Below are positions 5,501 through 8,373 of a stretch of DNA of 8,373 nt, in pieces. Both the position numbers and the translations under genes were made by a program. The stretch's first letter is position 1. The number at the start of each line of letters is the position of its first letter. Origin of the DNA: a virus (lineage: Duplodnaviria > Heunggongvirae > Uroviricota > Caudoviricetes). A model generated the notes under the pieces. That model did no database searches. It was not told the origin of the DNA and saw only the letters and a program-made list of their open reading frames with translations. The DNA is taken from the IMG/VR virus record IMGVR_UViG_2671180432_000009; one strand, written 5' to 3'.

Positions 5501-6559
5501 TTATGCTTTCCACTTCAGAACACCCGAATTTCTCGCGTGCATTAAAAAACGAATCAGCAACAACAGCTGACTGCCGTGTTTCTCTTCAAAATCTTTTACT
5601 CCGGCATGTAGTTCGTTACGGCATTTACGGCATAACGGAATAACAAACAAATCATCAGCCTTTGTTCCCATCCCTCCCAGTCCATGACCAATGATGTGAT
5701 GCGGATCATCTGCCTGATTGCCACACGTCATGCATTTCTGCGTTTTTACCCAGCGCGTGTATACAGGCATCTCTTCCCGTTGTGATTTCTGGCGCTGGAG
5801 ATACTGAGCCGGTGACTCCGGATCAACGGCAATGCTGACCACCGTCTTTTCCTGTGGTGGGTTCTGTTGCTGGTGGACGTGAGGCAGTAACGCAATATTT
5901 TTTGTGCGCTGCTTCAGTATGCTGGTGGCTGTCTGCTCTCCCGGTATGATGTCGCTTTCACTGTACACAGAGCGAATTTTTTCCGCACGCAACCCCAGCG
6001 AACGACGTAATACCGCTTCCGGTAGCGCGTCCGCCACCTGATTGCGGACCGCCCACCAGGATAATTCAGCCAGAGATAATTCACGCTCCTGCGTACCGCT
6101 TATTGCGTGACCGATGACGTCAATCATCCATGCTGACAGGTTTTGATGAGCAAGTTGCTCGAGTGATTCGGATGTCTGGTCACGCAGCTGGTTGTCGCAG
6201 TGCCAGCACAACACCATTGCGCCGGTACCATAACGGTGAATGACGGTTTCGCTGTGATGATAATCGCCGTGTGGCCACTGGCAGGATTTAATATGGCGCA
6301 ACAGCCAGTCAGACAATGCACCAGCACCACCAGCAGCACGAATCACCCGTGCGTTACTGAAAAACGGCAGCAATGTTTTGTCTTCCACCAGCGGCTGGCG
6401 AGCGGCAGGAACGACCCCGGACGGCAGATTACGCATGCTTTTTGGTTCCGGCTCCACCAGTATTCTGCCGTTATGGAATGCTGACATTGATTCACGGCCT
6501 GGCTTAACGATAACCAGACCGAGTTCCGGTACCAGAACAGGTCGAAGTAATACCCGCAC
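5501..6559 (-). CDS. DUF968-like protein (YdfU-like), 352 aa, Cys/His-rich C-terminal motif
   Basis: Size and position match the YdfU family of Qin-like prophages as recalled; C-terminal CMTCGNQADDPHHIIGHG...CRKCRNELH looks like an HNH or zinc-binding motif. GTG start at 6559 after GGAGG; start uncertain. Confidence 0.75.
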   Translation of the reverse strand: MRVLLRPVLVPELGLVIVKPGRESMSAFHNGRILVEPEPKSMRNLPSGVVPAARQPLVEDKTLLPFFSNARVIRAAGGAGALSDWLLRHIKSCQWPHGDYHHSETVIHRYGTGAMVLCWHCDNQLRDQTSESLEQLAHQNLSAWMIDVIGHAISGTQERELSLAELSWWAVRNQVADALPEAVLRRSLGLRAEKIRSVYSESDIIPGEQTATSILKQRTKNIALLPHVHQQQNPPQEKTVVSIAVDPESPAQYLQRQKSQREEMPVYTRWVKTQKCMTCGNQADDPHHIIGHGLGGMGTKADDLFVIPLCRKCRNELHAGVKDFEEKHGSQLLLLIRFLMHARNSGVLKWKA

Positions 6560-6634
6560 ATTACCTCCAGATCCGTTGCTGGAATGTGCGGGACGGACGC
6601 GTTGGCCGTTCGGAGTAAGGGAGCCTGACGGAGA

Positions 6635-6916
6635 TTATCCAGTGACGGTAGTCGAGGCTAAGGGCTTTTTTAACCTCGCATCCGCGCCTGCGGTAACACT
6701 GAATGAGCCATTCGGCCTGTTCTTCAGTGCATGGGGGATGCTGGTACCAATCAGATTTAAATGCGTGAGAGCGCCGCCCGTGCCTGCTGGCAAAGACGGC
6801 TGAATTATCAGAATTGTGTAGTCTGGAAGGCAGTGGCTGACAATAGCGCCATTCTCAACGCGCACAGTATAGAGGCCATCTTCACTAAAAATTTCACGTA
6901 ATTCTTCGATTTTCAT
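6635..6916 (-). CDS. Hypothetical protein, 93 aa
   Basis: GGAAGGA Shine-Dalgarno 8 nt upstream of ATG 6916 (the ORF track begins one codon earlier at TTG 6919); sits between the hok terminator and the DUF968 gene. Confidence 0.5.
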   Translation of the reverse strand: MKIEELREIFSEDGLYTVRVENGAIVSHCLPDYTILIIQPSLPAGTGGALTHLNLIGTSIPHALKNRPNGSFSVTAGADARLKKPLASTTVTG

Positions 6917-7039
6917 CAACAGAATCCTTCCAGATAAATAGCACTCCCCTGTTCGGGGTCCATCCCTCTTCTCCCTGCGCGCTACTTAAGTATTTTTGAT
7001 TCTATTCCGGCACCATCTAAAACTTCAAACGCGTTGAAA

Positions 7040-7068
7040 ATAAAAACAAAAACCCGCCGAAGCGGGTT
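7040..7068 (-). terminator. Intrinsic terminator of the hok/mok transcript
   Basis: Minus strand AACCCGC-TTCG-GCGGGTT followed by TTTTGTTTTTATTTT; about 70 nt past the hok stop. Confidence 0.7.
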
Positions 7069-7136
7069 AAGTGTGGGTGCATTGAGGATGCCTGACCCAT
7101 CAGAGGTGGCGAGGGATTTCTCCCCCGCCTGGTCTC

Positions 7137-7292
7137 TTACTCCTCAGGTTCGTAAGCTGTGAAGACAGCGACCTCCGTCTGGCCGGTTCGAATTCGTACC
7201 TCGCAGAGGTCTTTCCTCGTTACCAGTGCCGTCACTATGACGGTTAAACAGATGACGATCAGGGCGATTAACATCGCCTTTTGCTGCTTCAT
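7137..7292 (-). CDS. hok: Hok/Gef-family type I toxin, 51 aa
   Basis: MKQQKAMLIALIVICLTVIVTALVTRKDLCEVRIRTGQTEVAVFTAYEPEE closely matches the Hok/Gef family (HokD/RelF-like as recalled); AGGAG Shine-Dalgarno upstream. Confidence 0.85.
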   Translation of the reverse strand: MKQQKAMLIALIVICLTVIVTALVTRKDLCEVRIRTGQTEVAVFTAYEPEE

Positions 7293-7349
7293 AGCCTGCT
7301 TCTCCTTGCCTTTCGGCACGTAAGAGGCTAACCTAGATTTGCCGTTCAT
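7137..7349 (-). CDS. mok: Mok-like in-frame N-terminally extended reading frame (70 aa) overlapping hok
   Basis: ORF starts 19 codons upstream of hok in the same frame, as in chromosomal mokC/hokC loci as recalled. Confidence 0.55.
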   Translation of the reverse strand: MNGKSRLASYVPKGKEKQAMKQQKAMLIALIVICLTVIVTALVTRKDLCEVRIRTGQTEVAVFTAYEPEE

Positions 7350-7400
7350 AGATTGAGCCTCAGATTAATGTTAAGCGTCTTGCCGGACGCGTAATGTTAA
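7295..7400 (+). ncRNA. Expected position of a Sok-like antisense RNA opposite the mok translation-initiation region (boundaries not resolved)
   Basis: Inference from hok/sok architecture only; a weak plus-strand hairpin GCGTC-TTGCCG-GACGC lies at about 7364..7379. No promoter identified with confidence. Confidence 0.25.
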
Positions 7401-7468
7401 CTGGGGCTTTTCTCTATCTGCCTTTTGGTGTTCATGCCTGAGACAGATAGCCTCAAGCACCCGCTGCA

Positions 7469-7496
7469 ATTCTACTTAACTCTCCTTTTCCCGCAA
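7469..7496 (-). promoter_or_regulatory. Putative promoter of the hok/mok mRNA
   Basis: Minus strand: -35 TTGCGG (7496..7491), 16-nt spacer, -10 TAGAAT (7474..7469), upstream of a leader beginning GCTTGAGGCTATCTGTCTCAGGC that resembles hok mRNA 5' ends as recalled. Confidence 0.35.
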
Positions 7497-7503
7497 ACCG
7501 TTT

Positions 7504-7587
7504 TTATCCCCAGCGGCAAATCGAATACACCACCAGCGCCACCGCCATCGCAATTCCTACCGTTGTTAATGCTTCAGGCCAGGTCAT
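7504..7587 (-). CDS. Putative 27-aa hydrophobic peptide ([27 protein letters not shown])
   Basis: Absent from the ORF track (under 60 aa). ATG 7587 overlaps the TGA of the upstream gene (ATGA); GGAGGA Shine-Dalgarno 9 nt upstream; single predicted transmembrane-like segment. Confidence 0.3.
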   Translation of the reverse strand: MTWPEALTTVGIAMAVALVVYSICRWG

Positions 7588-7928
7588 CGTAAAATATCCT
7601 CCACGCTTATCAGTCCGTTCCGCTCCAGATAACTCATCGCCTTATCCGGTAATTTGCAGTCTGGCTTCGCTTTCCTCAGTTGCCAGGTTAACTGCTTTAC
7701 CAGCATGGTTAACTCATCGACCAGACGCTGATATCCCACTGGTTTGTATTCATGCAATTTACCGGCTGGCTCTGCTGCCAGCGATACCAGTGCGATTTCC
7801 AGAACAGCAATATCCATCTTATATGTGCGGATGATGTCATGGTCGATTGTGCCCGGTATGCACAGTCTCTGTGCTTCAATAGTCTCCTCTGCGTGAGCTA
7901 TTAACTGCTCTCTGGTAAAAGTCGTCAT
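7584..7928 (-). CDS. Hypothetical protein, 114 aa
   Basis: Six-frame ORF; start overlaps the stop of the upstream 55-aa ORF (ATGA); shares an N-terminal MTTxT motif and an IAL-SL-AEP motif with that ORF. Confidence 0.6.
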   Translation of the reverse strand: MTTFTREQLIAHAEETIEAQRLCIPGTIDHDIIRTYKMDIAVLEIALVSLAAEPAGKLHEYKPVGYQRLVDELTMLVKQLTWQLRKAKPDCKLPDKAMSYLERNGLISVEDILR

Positions 7929-8092
7929 GCCGTAGCCCCTTCTTGATATTTTTCAAACCAGAACACAACCGGCTCTGCTTCCAGCGATGCCAGCGCAATC
8001 CGTGCCAGTTCCATTTGTTCACCACGGGTAAGCCCGTTTTCAAGCGGGTTTTTAATGAACAATTCAATACGTTCTTTGGTAATAGTGGTCAT
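7925..8092 (-). CDS. Hypothetical protein, 55 aa ([55 protein letters not shown])
   Basis: Absent from the ORF track; strong AAGGAG Shine-Dalgarno 6 nt upstream of ATG 8092; stop overlaps the next start. Preferred over the 63-aa ORF at 7876..8067, which is in another frame. Confidence 0.5.
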   Translation of the reverse strand: MTTITKERIELFIKNPLENGLTRGEQMELARIALASLEAEPVVFWFEKYQEGATA

Positions 8093-8102
8093 GTGTTACT
8101 CC

Positions 8103-8333
8103 TTAACCCGCAGTGCTTTCAACTGATGAGGGGAACAAAATCTTTTCATCAAACCCTGCATTCATATCATGAACAGCAACACACCAATCCATCGACGAAC
8201 GATTATCAAGAGCCTCCATGATTTCATCCATGCGGCGTAGGTCATACAGGTAAATGCTTTTATCGCCAATGGTGTAAAAGCCAATTTTTTTCGGTGATGG
8301 ATGAGGTGTACTGGCAATAGCGGACACTACCAT
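8103..8333 (-). CDS. Hypothetical protein, 76 aa
   Basis: Six-frame ORF; first gene of the coupled block; its first 10 codons and upstream region lie in the right inverted repeat. Weak Shine-Dalgarno. Confidence 0.5.
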   Translation of the reverse strand: MVVSAIASTPHPSPKKIGFYTIGDKSIYLYDLRRMDEIMEALDNRSSMDWCVAVHDMNAGFDEKILFPSSVESTAG

Positions 8334-8373
8334 TTGTTCTTTTTTTAAGCAGCCATCTGATGATATTTTTCCC
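8302..8373. repeat. Right terminal inverted repeat (partner of 1..72)
   Basis: See 1..72. Confidence 0.9.

Noticed and set aside
5054-5643. Plus-strand ORFs 5054..5236, 5205..5399, 5413..5643 and minus-strand 5301..5513
   Set aside because: They overlap rusA or the DUF968 gene in the wrong frame or strand; rusA is identified by its conserved motifs.
6124-6803. ORFs 6124..6339(-), 6343..6561(-), 6200..6484(+), 6378..6803(+)
   Set aside because: Alternative-frame or antisense ORFs within the DUF968 gene and its neighbour; explained by the GC-rich coding sequence on the other frame.
7876-8067. Minus-strand ORF, 63 aa, from the six-frame track
   Set aside because: A different frame at the same place (7925..8092) has a strong AAGGAG Shine-Dalgarno, an overlapping stop/start with the next gene and paralogy to it.
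7943-8221. Plus-strand ORF, 92 aa
   Set aside because: Antisense to the coupled minus-strand small-gene block; no start context.

Overview
This window reads as the nin/Q/late-regulatory segment of a lambdoid prophage (Qin-like or Stx-phage-like architecture, Enterobacteriaceae), transcribed almost entirely on the minus strand. Reading the minus strand from high to low coordinates: a translationally coupled block of four small ORFs (8333->7504), a hok/mok type I toxin locus with its own terminator, a hypothetical ORF, a DUF968-like protein, RusA resolvase, a Q-like antiterminator (273 aa, four DnaJ-type CxxCxGxG repeats), a late promoter plus terminator unit (pR'/tR'-like), a small HTH gene, a beta-class N6-adenine DNA methyltransferase, tRNA-Ile(CAU), a second near-identical pR'/tR' unit, a tRNA-Arg(UCU)-like gene with a non-pairing acceptor stem, and then unrecognised cargo ORFs rich in the rare codons ATA/AGA/AGG. 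An AT-rich island at 480-1100 carries the only convincing plus-strand ORF. Four N-runs (254-470, 1374-1609, 2418-2607, 3300-3512) interrupt genes and limit interpretation. The window ends are a perfect 72-bp inverted repeat. No CRISPR array, integrase, transposase or Shiga toxin gene is visible. Product names rest on recalled motifs and family knowledge, not on any database search.
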